From Glaucostegus cemiculus (lineage: Eukaryota), in contig CDPCPM010000022.1 in the NCBI GenBank assembly GCA_976551045.1, positions 6,572,001-6,636,000 on the forward strand: a stretch of 64,000 nt of DNA. The letters run 5' to 3'. A model generated the notes under the pieces. That model was not told where the DNA came from, made no database searches, and was given only the letters and a program-made list of their open reading frames with translations. Below are positions 50,380-61,990 of this stretch, in pieces (position 1 is the first letter of the stretch; the number at the start of each line of letters is the position of its first letter). A program made the position numbers and the translations under genes.

Positions 50380-51387
50380 ATATGATCCATTGTATCCAAA
50401 AAGATCGCTCACCACCACTTCTCAAGGGCAATTTGGCTTTGTCGATTCTGCTCTTGTTGCCTAGTATGCATTTGGTCTCATGTTGCAGCTTCACTAGGCT
50501 GGTATCTCATCATTTTTAGGTACACCTGATACTGCTCCCGACATGCTTCCTGTACTCCTCATTGAGCCAGGATTAATCTCCTGCCTTGATAGTAAAGGTA
50601 GTGTAAGGGATGTGCCGGGCCATGAGTGTACAGATGTTAATAGCGTATTTTTATGCTGTTGATGATGAGGTGCAGGACTTCATGGATGTTCAGATTTGAG
50701 CTGCCAGATCCATTCTGCATCTATCTGTCTTCACACAATTCAGTTGTCACATGACACAAAGTATGTTGTCCTTCGTGTAAACATGGGACTTTGTCTCAAC
50801 AAGGACTGTGCAGTGGTCACTTACACCAATGTTGTCATGGACAGATGTATCTGCTGTAGGTAGATGGGTGAGGATGAGGATTGGTTCACTTACCATGTGC
50901 TGGTCGCAGTCTTGCAGCTGGGCCTGTCAGGACTTAGTCAGCTCCATCTGTAGTGGTATTACAAAGCTATTCTTGATGACGGACATTAAAGTCCCCAATC
51001 CAGAGTGCATTGTGAGTCCTTGCTACTTTCAGTGCCTATTACAAATGCTGTTCAACATGGTGAGCACTGACTGGCCAACGAGGAAGGACGGTAATCAGGA
51101 GATTTCCTTGCCCTTGTTTTACCTTCTACCACAAGAGTTCATGAGGTTTGGAGTTAATGTTGAGGACCCCAAGGCCCACCCTCTCCTACTGTGCTGCCAG
51201 CTCTAGTGAGCCATCCTGCCAATGGGACCATGTCAGGCTGTTGTTTGATTACGTTCCCATTGTAGACAGCAATCCCCTAATGCTTATGAGGACTTTGCAA
51301 GACCAACTGCGCTGAAAGTGACTTTGTTGTGTCCAAGTACAATGCCTTGGTTGATACAAGGTCTTCTGTCCGGACTTATTCTTGAAC

Positions 51388-51672
51388 ATAAGATATCTTT
51401 ATTAGTCAAATGTACATCAAAACACACAGTGAAATGCATCTTTTGCATAGAGTGTTCTGGGGGCAGCCCACAAGTCTTGCCACGTTTCTGGTGCCAACAT
51501 AGCATGCCCACAACTTCCTAACCCGTACCTCTTTAGAATGTGGGAGGAAAACCGGAGCACCTAGAGGAAACCCACGTCGACACAGGGAAAACGTACAAAC
51601 TCCTTACAGACAGCAGCGAGCATTGAACCCGGGTTTCTGGTGCTGTAATAGCGTTACACTAACTGCTACACT
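51388..51672 (-). mobile_element. V-SINE with Rex1-type tail, inserted in the LINE 5' region
   Basis: Near-identical to 4285-4574. Confidence 0.93.
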
Positions 51673-52671
51673 GGTAAAAGTACAACTGAGTGGCTTGTCA
51701 TGCCACTTCAGAGGGCACTTAAGAGTCAACTACACAGAGTAAGCAAGACCAGAAAAGGATAGCAGATTATTTGAGAAACTGATGGGATTTTACAACAATT
51801 TGATGGATTTTGTAATCAAGTTACTCATTTTTGTTCCAGATTTTGAACTGAATTCAAATTATACAGCTGCAGTGCTGTGACATGAACTCATTGCTCTGGA
51901 TTGTGGGCCCAGACCTTTGGATTATTTGTCTGGTCATTTAACCACTGTGCCACCACCATACTACAGTTCATCACACTGAAAGGTAGAGATGTTGCAGATC
52001 CTCCCTCTCTTGCATCTCTATCTAAAAGATATCTGATGTTTTAGATGGAGATGCAAGACATGGAGGATGTTCAAGAATTAAGCAGATGGAAAGGGTTTTC
52101 ATTCTTATTAAACAAAGGCATCTGTGGGAACATACAAGCACAGCAAATGCTGAAAATTTAGTTTTTTGCCATAAAATTATGCCATCAGGCACATCATGAT
52201 GTTGCATGCAATCTTATATGTTGATATTTGTCAGTGTCTACATTGCTGCTTCTGAAACCCAGCAAATGAACTTCCACTCAAAAAACTGACACGCTCTTGG
52301 GATGAATTTCCTTGGAACCACTTTTGCTCTGCTGCTGTAACTTCGAGAGAAGACTAGTAAAAGTTCTGTTAATGGGTCCGGAGTATTGATGTTGAAGTTA
52401 CTGCAGTGGAGCAGGGAAAGCCCAAGGAAATACACCCTTCATGTTGATTTAATGTTCTGTCCTATTATACTTTAAAAGATACAGTGACCTTTTTTTTAAC
52501 TACTTTTAATTGTGAAGTCTACTTGCAATGTTATATAAACATTAATTCTATGCAAGGAAGCATTTATTAGACTCTTGACCATAAATGTGTCCATTGTCAG
52601 GTTGCACTTACATTTTCTGGGAGCTCGTTTACTCTTGATTTAATACCTTTGCTATGTAGATTTACACAGAA

Positions 52672-53010
52672 AATAACAGAAACATAAAGAAAAAGGAGCA
52701 GGGAAGGCCATTCAGCCTTTCAAATCTGTTCTACCATTCAGTACAATTATGGCATCTATTCACCTCTCTCAACATCATATTCCTGCTCTTCCACCCATCC
52801 AACTTGAAGTTTTTTTTATGTCATGAAATTTACCTATTTCCTTCTTCAATATATTCAGCAAATTGACCTCTGCGGCTCTCTGTGACAATAAATTCCACAG
52901 GTTCACTTGCTTATCATAGTCCCAAATATCTTCTCCTGTATACTGATCTGGGACCCCTTGTCCCAGACACTTCAGCCAGAGGAACTAGCCTCCTCACATC
53001 CAGTCTGTCA
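52672..53010 (-). mobile_element. Old CR1 3' fragment
   Basis: aacataaagaaaaaggagcagggaaggccattcagcc is the reverse complement of a CR1 3' end. VNLWNLLSQRAAEV appears on the minus strand. Confidence 0.75.
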
Positions 53011-53236
53011 GAATTAATTATTTTATGTAAACTATATGGATAGAATCTTTTCTGGTGAAAGAAAATTTTATCATATAATGTCAAACTGCATTCTCGTCAT
53101 AATAAAAGCTTTATATTGTACATCACCACGTTAATTTTAACAATAATCAGGAGGAACACTTTCAACTGTTCATGTCTGCTGACAAAAAGATGGATTGGTG
53201 ATTCCAGTGGCTGGATAGGACCATCAGCACTCGAAT

Positions 53237-53990
53237 TCAAAGGCAGAATACAAGGTTAATGGCAGGACTCTGAGCAGTGTGGAGGAACAGAGGAATCTTG
53301 GGGTCCACATCCATAGATCCATCAAGGTTGCCACACATATCATTAAGGTTGTTAAGAAGGTATATGGAGTGTTGGCCTTCATTAGTCAGGGTATTGAGTT
53401 CAAGAGTCGCAAGGTGATGTTGCAGCTCTATAGAACTCTGGTCAGAGCACACTTGGAGTATTTGTGTTCTGTTCTGGTCACTTCATTATAGAAAGGATGT
53501 GGACGCTTTAGCGAGGGTGCAGAGGAGATTTACCAAGATGTTGCCTGGATTGGAAAACATGCCTTATGAGGATAGGTTGAACAAACTAGGGCTTTTCCCT
53601 TTGGAGAGAAGGAGGATGAGAGGTTACTTGATAGAGGTGTACATGATGATAAAAGGCATAGATCGAGTGGACAGTCAGAGACATTTTCCCAGTGCGACAA
53701 TGGCAAACACAAGGGGACATAATTTTAAAGGTGTTTGGAGGAAAGTATAAAGGGGATGTCAGGAGTAAGTTTTTTTACACAGAGAGTGGTGGGTGCATGG
53801 AACGCACTGCTGGCAGAGGTTGTGGGGGCAGATACATTAGGGGCATTTAAAAGACTCTTAGATAGCCACATGAATGATAGAAAAATAGGGGACTACGTGG
53901 GAGGGAATGGTTAGATAGATCTTAGAGCAGGATAAGATGTCAGCACAACATCATGGGCCAAAGGGCCTGCACTGTGCTGTAGTGTTCTGG
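53237..53990 (+). mobile_element. 5'-truncated young CR1 LINE
   Basis: EEQRNLGVHIH...LYRTLVRAHLEY and ARVQRRFTKMLPGL. The 3' end is nearly identical to 30478-31008 and 49300-50045. Confidence 0.95.
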
Positions 53991-54364
53991 CACATACTGG
54001 CCGCCTGATATTCAACATGCTCTGCAGGTTTTCACTCTGAGCATTTCCTTGGGCGTTGGAAAACCAACAGCTTGAAACAAAGTAAGAAGAGCTTCACTGT
54101 GAATCTGTGCCCTCACAGCTCTACTTGTAGATGTGTAGGATCTGGAATTCTTTTCACCAACTTCCCTGACCACACACAATGACATCCAGGGTAAGTAATC
54201 AGCCATCTCTTTTCATGATTAGTCTTCACCTAGGATTTTGGATTTGACACTTCCCTTCCTGGAACTGGATTCCACACTCTTCCAACTGGGAACTGGAAAC
54301 TGGACGTGTCCTCAGGCTCAAACACACGCTGAGATCAATGCAGCACCCCCCCCCCCCCCCCACC

Positions 54365-54660
54365 AGGTCCTGAAGAAGGGTCTTGACCCAAAACGTTGAC
54401 TGCCTGCTTTTCTCTACAGATGCTGCCTGGCCTGCTGAGTTCTTCCAGCGTCATCAGTGTTTTTCATCTAGGTTCCAGCACCTGCAGTCATTTGTTTCCC
54501 TGGGGTCGTGATCAGATAACCATCTCTTTGACAAAGAGTTTTGACCTGAAACATTGACTTTGTTTCTCGTCCCACAGATGCAGCATGACCAGCTGAGTGG
54601 TTCCAGCATTTTCTATTTTTAATTCAGGTTCCAGCATCTGAAGTTTTCTTTTGATTTTCA
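54365..54660 (+). mobile_element. Two tandem Penelope-type pseudo-LTR units
   Basis: Unit 1 (54365-54500) and unit 2 (54528-54660) share gacc.(g/a)aaac.ttgact...acagatgc...gctgagt...tccagc...tccagca.ctg.agt. A poly-C run at 54346-54361 precedes them. Confidence 0.8.
54367..54400 (+). ncRNA. Minimal type I hammerhead ribozyme motif (one core mismatch)
   Basis: Stem I gtc(54367-69)/gac(54398-400), core CTGAAGA(A), stem II gggt-cttg-accc, AAAA in place of GAAA (CpG decay), palindromic stem III acgt and predicted GUU cleavage site. Confidence 0.65.
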
Positions 54661-57054
54661 GCGACCACTGCGGTCAGGGAACAGATCACTTCTGGAATGA
54701 AGGCCACTTTTCTCTGCCTGGGTCAATGACTGGATCTAGCACATCTGCTCCACAGTACTCCTGACTCAACTGAAAGTCAAATCTGTCAATCTAGCTGAAT
54801 CCAATTGAATCATCAGAATCAATCATGATGATTAAGTTGTCCTAGTGTGGAAGGAAATCTGGACTTCTGATTTTCCATCAGAAACTCCATCCTATACACT
54901 GATGTATGCAACATGCCGCTGTTGACAGCAGAGCTTCCTTTTCAAGACCATCTAATCATCTGGTTTTTAAAACCCTGTCACGTGGCCTCCCAGTTGTTGC
55001 TACATTTTCTCCTTTTTATTACTCCCTGCAACTTTTGAATGTTGTGAGCTTTAACTTTAACTTTTTACTTTAATGCTTGAGAAAAAGAATTAATCCTGCA
55101 CCTTCATCTTTATCATTTGATGTTGTGGCATCAGCTGTAAGGACTGGCAAAGGATATACTATATGAAACAGATGAGTGGAACAATCTTCTGGAAACAATC
55201 GCCTGCAAGAGGTCACCAAGCAATTTTGCTAAAACAGTTCAGAAATATCCTCAGCAGAGAAAATACATCTAGCATTCCCCGCTACAGCATAATGCCATTG
55301 AGATGGAAATGATGCCCCTAAACAATAGGTAATAGATTTTTCACTTTGGGGAGTTAGTACTTCTTGTAACTTTTTTCATTCTGATTTCCTTTCATGAAAT
55401 TCACAAGAGCTCATGTACTTCTTCAATTCATTTTATCAAAAATGTTCTGCAAGAAAAGAAAACCCTATTTCAAATATTGTTTTTGTTGATGTAAGAACAT
55501 GTTAAACATAATACCTTAACAGTTCAGATCTCCAAATAGAGATTAAATGAGTTCACAAACTAATCAAATAAAAGTAGTTAATTTGATATAAAAATGTAAC
55601 ACCTTCCAGCATGTACATTTTTTTCCAACCAGATGCCTCCCAAAAGCATTATTAACAGATTCTAGAATCTCCTCACACTCTGTTAAATATTAGTTATGGT
55701 ATTGTTGGACCTTTAAAAAATTCACAGGTCTAGAAATTCATTGGCACTCTGACCATTTTACAAGTATAAAACAGGTGTGTTTGTCTCTAATTCAGCTCCC
55801 ACCTACTGCTCATTGGTAATAACCAAACCAGATCCTGCAACCAGCCTCACTGGGCATGCATAGTAACCACTGCTCCAGTACTGCACCCTCTCCAGTCCAC
55901 AAATCTAACACCAGCAAACACATGCATAAATACACCCAATTCACACATGGTCCAGTGTCTGGTCCCCAATCTCCTCAGCTTGTAATCTTTCTTTAAACAT
56001 TTGTCCTGTAAGATAACACACTAAATTTAATACTGCAGAAAAATTCTGTAATCTTTCAATATGGTCCTCTCTTCTGTGTTCATACATAATTGTGAGCATG
56101 CATATTATTCAAACTAAGTCAGATGAATTAACTCCTGGATAATATCTCTTCGACTTCAAGGAGCAGCTGGGAAATGTAATGTTCAAACTTAAAAAGGGGA
56201 ACTCTTCCAGGGCCCAATAGCCTGCCTCGTCTGTTGCTAACACATTTTTGGGCAAAGTTCTGAGCTGACCTCTGGTCTACAATCAGTAGTGGGAATGCCT
56301 TGGTTCCCTACCCTGTGGAAGAAAGGGAAATATCCTGCTTCTCTTCACCATCCAGTGAACCCAGCTCTTTGCATTTCATTTGGCTGCTCTGTGAAACTCC
56401 ACAGACACAGTCTCCAAGCCTCAAAGTGCCCAAAGCTCAGCCCACAGGCATGTGTAGCATCAGAGTTCCGACAATCTGGCCTTCCTCACCCAGTTACTCT
56501 GTTCCACTTTTGCTGATAACACTTACTGGCTGTCATGTTAAAATGAATTATCTTAAAATCAGGAACATTGCAGGTAAGCACCATTACTGACCTCCACCTG
56601 TCTCTCAGGCAGTGCTCCCATTGATGAAGTGCTGCACCAGCAATGAGTTGCTGATTGATTACCCCTTGAATTTAGTCATGGCCTAAACAAAACAGTAGCA
56701 CAGCTGTTTGTTTATCACAGCCAGTAGCCTTTGCCTCTGGGAATAGAGTCAGAAACAAAAAAAAAGTGTGGAAAAGTCCCCATGCTGCCAAAGGTGCTGG
56801 TGGCAAGGCCCACTTATTAATATGACACTGCCATTCAGGGCTGTCTACAACCTTCAATGGCAGTACTCTGATGAATGGCACTTTAATATGACACTAAAAA
56901 TCCATAATTCAAGTGGGAAGAGTTCAGCCACAGAGCTAGTCCAATTGGTTTCAGATTTGATACAATATGTGCTAGAGAATGGATTAACAACAGCAGCGAA
57001 GTGCTGGATTTTTGTGGAGAACTTTGCAGCAAAACTTTTTATTTGTGAAATAAG

Positions 57055-57232
57055 ATCACAAAATTCTGGAAACGCTAAGGTCAGGCAGCAACTGTGTTTT
57101 CAGATGTTGGAATTTCATCAGAACAGACCTAAAACACGTGTAAATTCTCTTTTTCAATGGTTGGTGCTAAATAACTGAAGCATTTTCGGCTTTTATTTCA
57201 GATTTCCAGCATCCACTTTTATTTTGCATTCT
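57055..57232. mobile_element. Highly decayed palindromic Penelope-type fragment
   Basis: acaaaattctggaaacgct..ggtcaggcagca...tttcatcagaac...gcattttcggcttttatttcagatttccagcatc, as at 42440-42648. Confidence 0.55.
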
Positions 57233-57544
57233 TTTCGCTTCAGATTTTCCTCAGTTTTGAGAGCAACATCACACAAGCCATCAATTTTTATAGGGCATTG
57301 TTAACTCATACACATGGGTGACACATTGACCATAGGCAGTGTCATAATATCACAAAAATTTACCTGGTAAGAGGGTATCCAAGGTGTTAGAAACTACCTC
57401 TAGAGGATGAAGTCAATGTACTCAGTTCACTGGCTTTAGGTTGCTTAAATTATAAGATTCTATCCAATGGTATTTTCTCAAACCTTGGAACTCAGCCCCC
57501 AAGTATGCACAAGCATTATAAGTGTCTGCATTTTGCAGCAAGGT

Positions 57545-58770
57545 CACCTGAGGTTCAGGTGACCTTGGTTCCGGAGTGCCACTGCTGGAGGTTGAACAGC
57601 TTCCCATTAAGTTTCTCATTAGTTCTGAAGATTAGCTCCACTCCCACAGGAGGCTTAGAGGAGGTGTGTGTAACATTGCAAGAAATATTGAGAACAGTAA
57701 TGGGTTTGTTTGACCCCTGTCTCCACTGAGGATGGTTCTGTTGTAGACCCACTGATTACTATCATGGCTGGAATACCATTGTGGAGCAAACATAAAATGG
57801 AGATGAATTTTTTGGATTGCTGAGTTTCAGGAGAGTGTTCCATAGTCCCTCTCAATTGATGGGGTCAAAGGCTTTAGTGAGAAAGACCTTGTAGTACGGC
57901 TGGTGTTGCTCCCTGCATTTTTCTTGGAGTTGTCCAATATTCCTCCAGGTGGACAGAATCCAGACTGTGATTTGAGGAGCAGCACATTGTCCACTGGGAG
58001 AGGACAACTGAGGAGGATTGTCTTTCCCTGTGAATGACAGAAGAGAGAGCCCATTGTGTTACCAAGGTCAGACTTGTCTCCTTTCTTGAAGGTGATCTTG
58101 ATCATGGCATCTCAAAGTCTCCTGGATATCCTCCTCTTCCTGGCGGTGACAATGAGATTACGGATTGTGCTGTAGCCATTCAGTACCGAGTTTTAGGATT
58201 TCAGTGTGGATTCCACCTGCCCCAAAGACTTTGTTATTTTTGAGTTGGGATATAGCCTTTTGTCTTCTTGTCGATTAGGAGAGGCGTGAATTGGTTGCTG
58301 TGGAATGGAGTCCAGCGTGCTCCCTTCAAGAACAGAATCATAGTTGAGGAGCTCTTCAAAGTTTTCCTGTTGAAATCTTGACTATCAGCAGCAGACATAT
58401 CAAAGCTCATCACCAATGATGTCTCTGCAAAATTCTCCATTTTCATTAGAAGAATAAGCAAACCAATGTCAGCAACCCCTCCCAGACCAATATCTTCAGC
58501 ACTGATACTCTAGTTACTCTCACTCAACAACATTGAACAGGACACATCTTCTGCATGCCCAACACCAGCCTCACAAAACAGGCATTCTATTCGAAGTTCT
58601 GTCTTGGGAGAAGATGACGAGATGGACAGAGAAAAAAGATTCAATGATGCGCTCAACATACGGTATCCTTGATGAAGTGGAACACCCCCACCAACTCCAG
58701 GGAAACTTTGGTCTATAACTGCTCAAAGTGAGAAGGAGCATTTGAAATGTTATTGAGAACCTCAAAGGCA
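57545..58770 (-). mobile_element. RTE-clade LINE RT relic
   Basis: IKITFKKGDKSDLGN (ORF 57827-58105), KKFISILCLLHNG...GSTTEPSSVETGVKQ (57655-57855) and GVELIFRTN..GKLFNL (57555-57752) are typical RTE ORF2 motifs. Confidence 0.8.
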
Positions 58771-60069
58771 TACATCAGTAATATAAAGTAAACAGCAAAT
58801 GGGGCGGAGCCTCTTATGAATTAACCAACCCACCCACCCTTCCTGTTACTTGCTGCCCCATTTGTGAAAGAGCCAGCAGTTCCTGCACAGGTTTTATTCG
58901 TCACCCCAGAACCAATGAAACTGGAGTGGAACAAGTCATGCTTGATCCCCATAGGCTGCCTCAGAAGAAAAAGAATATTCCCAAATAATGCAATTCTGTA
59001 AGCTAAATGAAATATAACAGCTGTATTAGAAGATATTTTTATCTTGAAGGTTTTTTAAAGAACAGATAAATGATATTCAATATTAACTCTGAAGATCTGT
59101 TCCATCAAATGCTCAGATTTTACGAGTATTATGGAAGCAACTCCCTGGCCATTTCCAATTAAATCCACAGAACCTAACTCTGTCTTGTAACAACGGAAAT
59201 CATGCATCTTCCAACTGCAATATACCTTTACTGGAACAGTGACAGGAAATGGAACAGCACATGAAGATTATACTGAGCTGAATCTCCCATGAGATCGCCT
59301 ATGACAATGTAAAAAGTACCAAAGGACTATTCAGCTGCTGCATAAACTACACTGCAATATAAACAAGGCAGTTGTTTTAACAGCTGTGTTTCATGGAGCC
59401 TGTATTGGAGAACTACTTCCTCCAGCAATTCCCCAATAAGGCAGGTCTTGGGAAAATAAAAACTAACTCTTTCCAGATCCCCTTCTTCTACCCAGTAAAT
59501 TGCCCATTAACACCTTATACTCCACCCTCCCCCATCTCCTGTCAGTGAAAAGAATCTTTTGTTCCCAATTACTGCTATTAATTTCTGATTGTCTCAGAAT
59601 TGCCAGGGGTCTGACTACTTGAAACAATGACATATTACAAATCCACTGGAATGAATAGAACTGGAGTAATTTGTCTTTCTTTATGGGAAAATTCACAAAA
59701 AAAGGTTACATGTTTTACAAATTAAAGCAACTGTCACTGGAAATATGTCAGACGTGACAAATCCATGTCTAGAAGTTATGAAGATTTGTAGTTTTTCTAC
59801 ATTGACATAACTATGGCACGTAATGCAAAGGCTAAATATGAAAAATATTAATTCCTTCACAATGGAATCCTTTCCAGCACTAAGGAGTTTCTGTGTGATG
59901 CATTCTCTGAAAAAGCTGGCACTTTACCAAGAATCTGTTTGCATGTTTAACAAGAGGTAATGTCTAAATACTAAAAAAAGATTCAAAGCAAAGGCATTTA
60001 TTTTTTTTTATTCAGCATGCAAACATAGAACCAACACACTTCTAGATCTTCAAAAATAAATCTAATAGT

Positions 60070-60125
60070 GAATGCAAAGTGATTATCTCAAGGAATGGAA
60101 AGTGATTATTTCAAGGAATGCAAAG
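60070..60125. repeat. 23-bp tandem duplication (2.4 units)
   Basis: gaatgcaaagtgattatctcaag / gaatggaaagtgattatttcaag / gaatgcaaag. Confidence 0.85.
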
Positions 60126-60164
60126 GTTAAAAGTCCAGGTTGAAAACCGAAGAATCGGAAGGCT

Positions 60165-60495
60165 GGATGGGTAACACAGCAAGTAGAGTTGCGGCCTCCC
60201 AGCACCAGAGCCCAGCTTCAGTCCTGCCTTCCAGGATGGAGTGTATACATTCTCCCTGTAACCCATGGGTTTTTACCAGTCCTCCAGCTTCGTCCTAAAG
60301 ACATGCAGGCTGGTAGGTTGTAAATTATCCCTAGTATGTAGATGAGTGGTAGAATTGGGGAGTGAGTGTAGGGTGGGAGCTAATTGAATGTGGGGGAGAA
60401 TAGCTTACAGGAAAAGTTAATGGGGGAATGGGATTGCTCTATGAGTTGGTATAAACCATTCCCAAAATGGTTTCCTAGTATGTTGTAAGATAATA
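60165..60495 (+). mobile_element. Older HE1-like V-SINE
   Basis: Head acagcaagtagagttgcggcctcccagcaccagagcccagcttcagtcctg, V-domain acattctccctgtaacccatgggttttt...aaagacatgcagg, then gtaaattatccctag and a CR1-like end. Confidence 0.7.
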
Positions 60496-61029
60496 TGAAA
60501 TGATCAGTACCTGAACTTCCCTGCATCTGAGATCCAATTATCTTCATGGTAACCTTGTCATGTATAAATTGCACAGTATTTAGAATAAAAGAATCATTCT
60601 AAAACTACTGCTCTCAAATCCTTGACTACTATCTACCAACCTATTTCCACCAGGCAGATATTTTGCTTCAAATTCTTTGCTATGCAGGATGTAGCTGTAA
60701 AAATAACAATGAGCATAGGCTTATTACTTAGAGTGTGACTTGTTGAGGTAGAAGAGCAAAGCAACACAGAGGAAATGATAGACCAGGAGGCATTGGATGA
60801 GGGAAACTATTCTTTTTATGACCAAGTGATACACAGCAAGACAGAAGGAAGGGGTTACAGAGAGTTGCAAAACAACTCAAGAGCTATGATTGGATGGGCA
60901 GGGAGGGAAGGCGAGATATCAAAGGACTATCGAATTTATAAATAGGTAAAGCTGCAGAAATTTTGTAAGCAAGAGAAGTTGAAGAATCAAAGGGATCTGA
61001 TGTTAATGGCTAAACCTTAGGGATATGGG

Positions 61030-61200
61030 AAGCTGTTGGACATTAACAAGGAGATAGATAACAGAATGCAGATATAGTTGGAAATGATGCCTTGGAACAA
61101 TTCAAACATGAAAAGGAGAATCTTATAACCAAGGTGTAGTTGGACAGAAAGTGAATCAGAAATGGTGCAGTGATTAAAATCAAACTGAATAAGAAGTAGG
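61030..61200 (-). mobile_element. L2 LINE ORF2 C-terminal fragment
   Basis: ORF 61017-61235 LSVQLHLGYKILLFMFELFQGIISNYICILL resembles the L2 motif LPV..RI.FKIL.L.FK.LHGLAP.YL..LL. Confidence 0.55.
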
Positions 61201-61374
61201 AATTTACGAAAGCTTGCATGAGCAATATGGTGCAAGTTTGGATGTAGGCAGTTGTTTTAAATGAATGTTTATTTATCAAGGGTAAAAGATAAGGAATCCT
61301 CAGGTCTGGCAGTATGCGTGATAGTCTCAGCAGAACAACTGAGATGGAGTAGTGCTTGGAATCAGCTTCACTCT

Positions 61375-61990
61375 ACACAAGTAACATCCGTGTCACAAGG
61401 GTGCCAAGCAATGATTATCTCCAACAAGGGAGATCCTGGACACCTTTCCCTAACTTTCAACGGCATTATCATCCCTGAATCTTCCACATCAGAATACTAG
61501 GAACCATCATTGACCTGAAACTTGGCTGGATCAGCCACATAAATGCCATAGATAGAAGAGCAAATCATAGGCCAGGTATCCAGTGGCACATGACTTATCA
61601 CCTGACATCTCACAGCCTTTCACCAACAAGAAGACACCAGTCAGGAATGTAATGGAATACTCCCCACTTGCCTGAATAAGTGCATCCTCAACAACTCTAA
61701 AGAAGCTCAACACAATCAGTTGCTTGATTGCCATCCCATCCAGCAGCCAAAACATCCATTCACTCCATCATCAGCACACAGTGACTGCAGTGTGCACCAT
61801 CTATAAAATACACTGCACTTACATACCAGGCTGCTCTGACAGCACCCTACTCAACATAACTGTGGGAGTATCTTCAGAAGGACTGTAGTGGTTCAAGAAA
61901 GTGGCTCACCACCACCTTTTCAGGGCAATTAAAGTTAGGCAAATAATAGCTGGCCTTCCCAGCAGTACCCAGACCCTCAAAAACGAACAT
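61375..61990 (+). mobile_element. 3' part of the CR1/L2-group LINE family seen at 46165-51958
   Basis: caagtaacatccgtgtcacaagggtgccaagcaatgattatctccaacaag..., gtcaggaatgtaatggaatactccccacttgcctg (VRNVMEYSPLA) and tail ggttcaagaaagtggctcaccaccaccttttcagggcaatt...aataatagctggcctt. Confidence 0.85.

Larger units (their letters stand above)
46165..51958 (-). mobile_element. Near full-span CR1/L2-group LINE with a tRNA-like 5' head, fragmented by four insertions
   Basis: The 3' tail (ccttgccagcaatgcccatatcctgaaaatgaataaa, minus strand) at 46165-46216 continues at 46790-47490. The body and endonuclease lie at 50046-51385 (KQQPDMV, VLNINSKPHE..W..VKQGQGNLL, NALWIGDFNV.HQE). The SINE-like head is at 51672-51958. 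It is the same family as 61375-61990. Confidence 0.75.

Noticed and set aside
50406-50432. Plus-strand copy of the LINE tail motif (gctcaccaccacttctcaagggcaat) inside the minus-strand host LINE
   Set aside because: Only ~26 bp long, so it cannot be resolved as a tiny insertion or a rearrangement and was not annotated separately.
55100-55320. Minus-strand coding exon (ag...GAAG|gtgcag)
   Set aside because: All three frames contain stops from the upstream acceptor. The shorter version gives an unrecognised peptide with a weak donor.
58800-58812. GC box (ggggcggagc) as a promoter
   Set aside because: It is a single motif with no CpG island and no downstream gene evidence.
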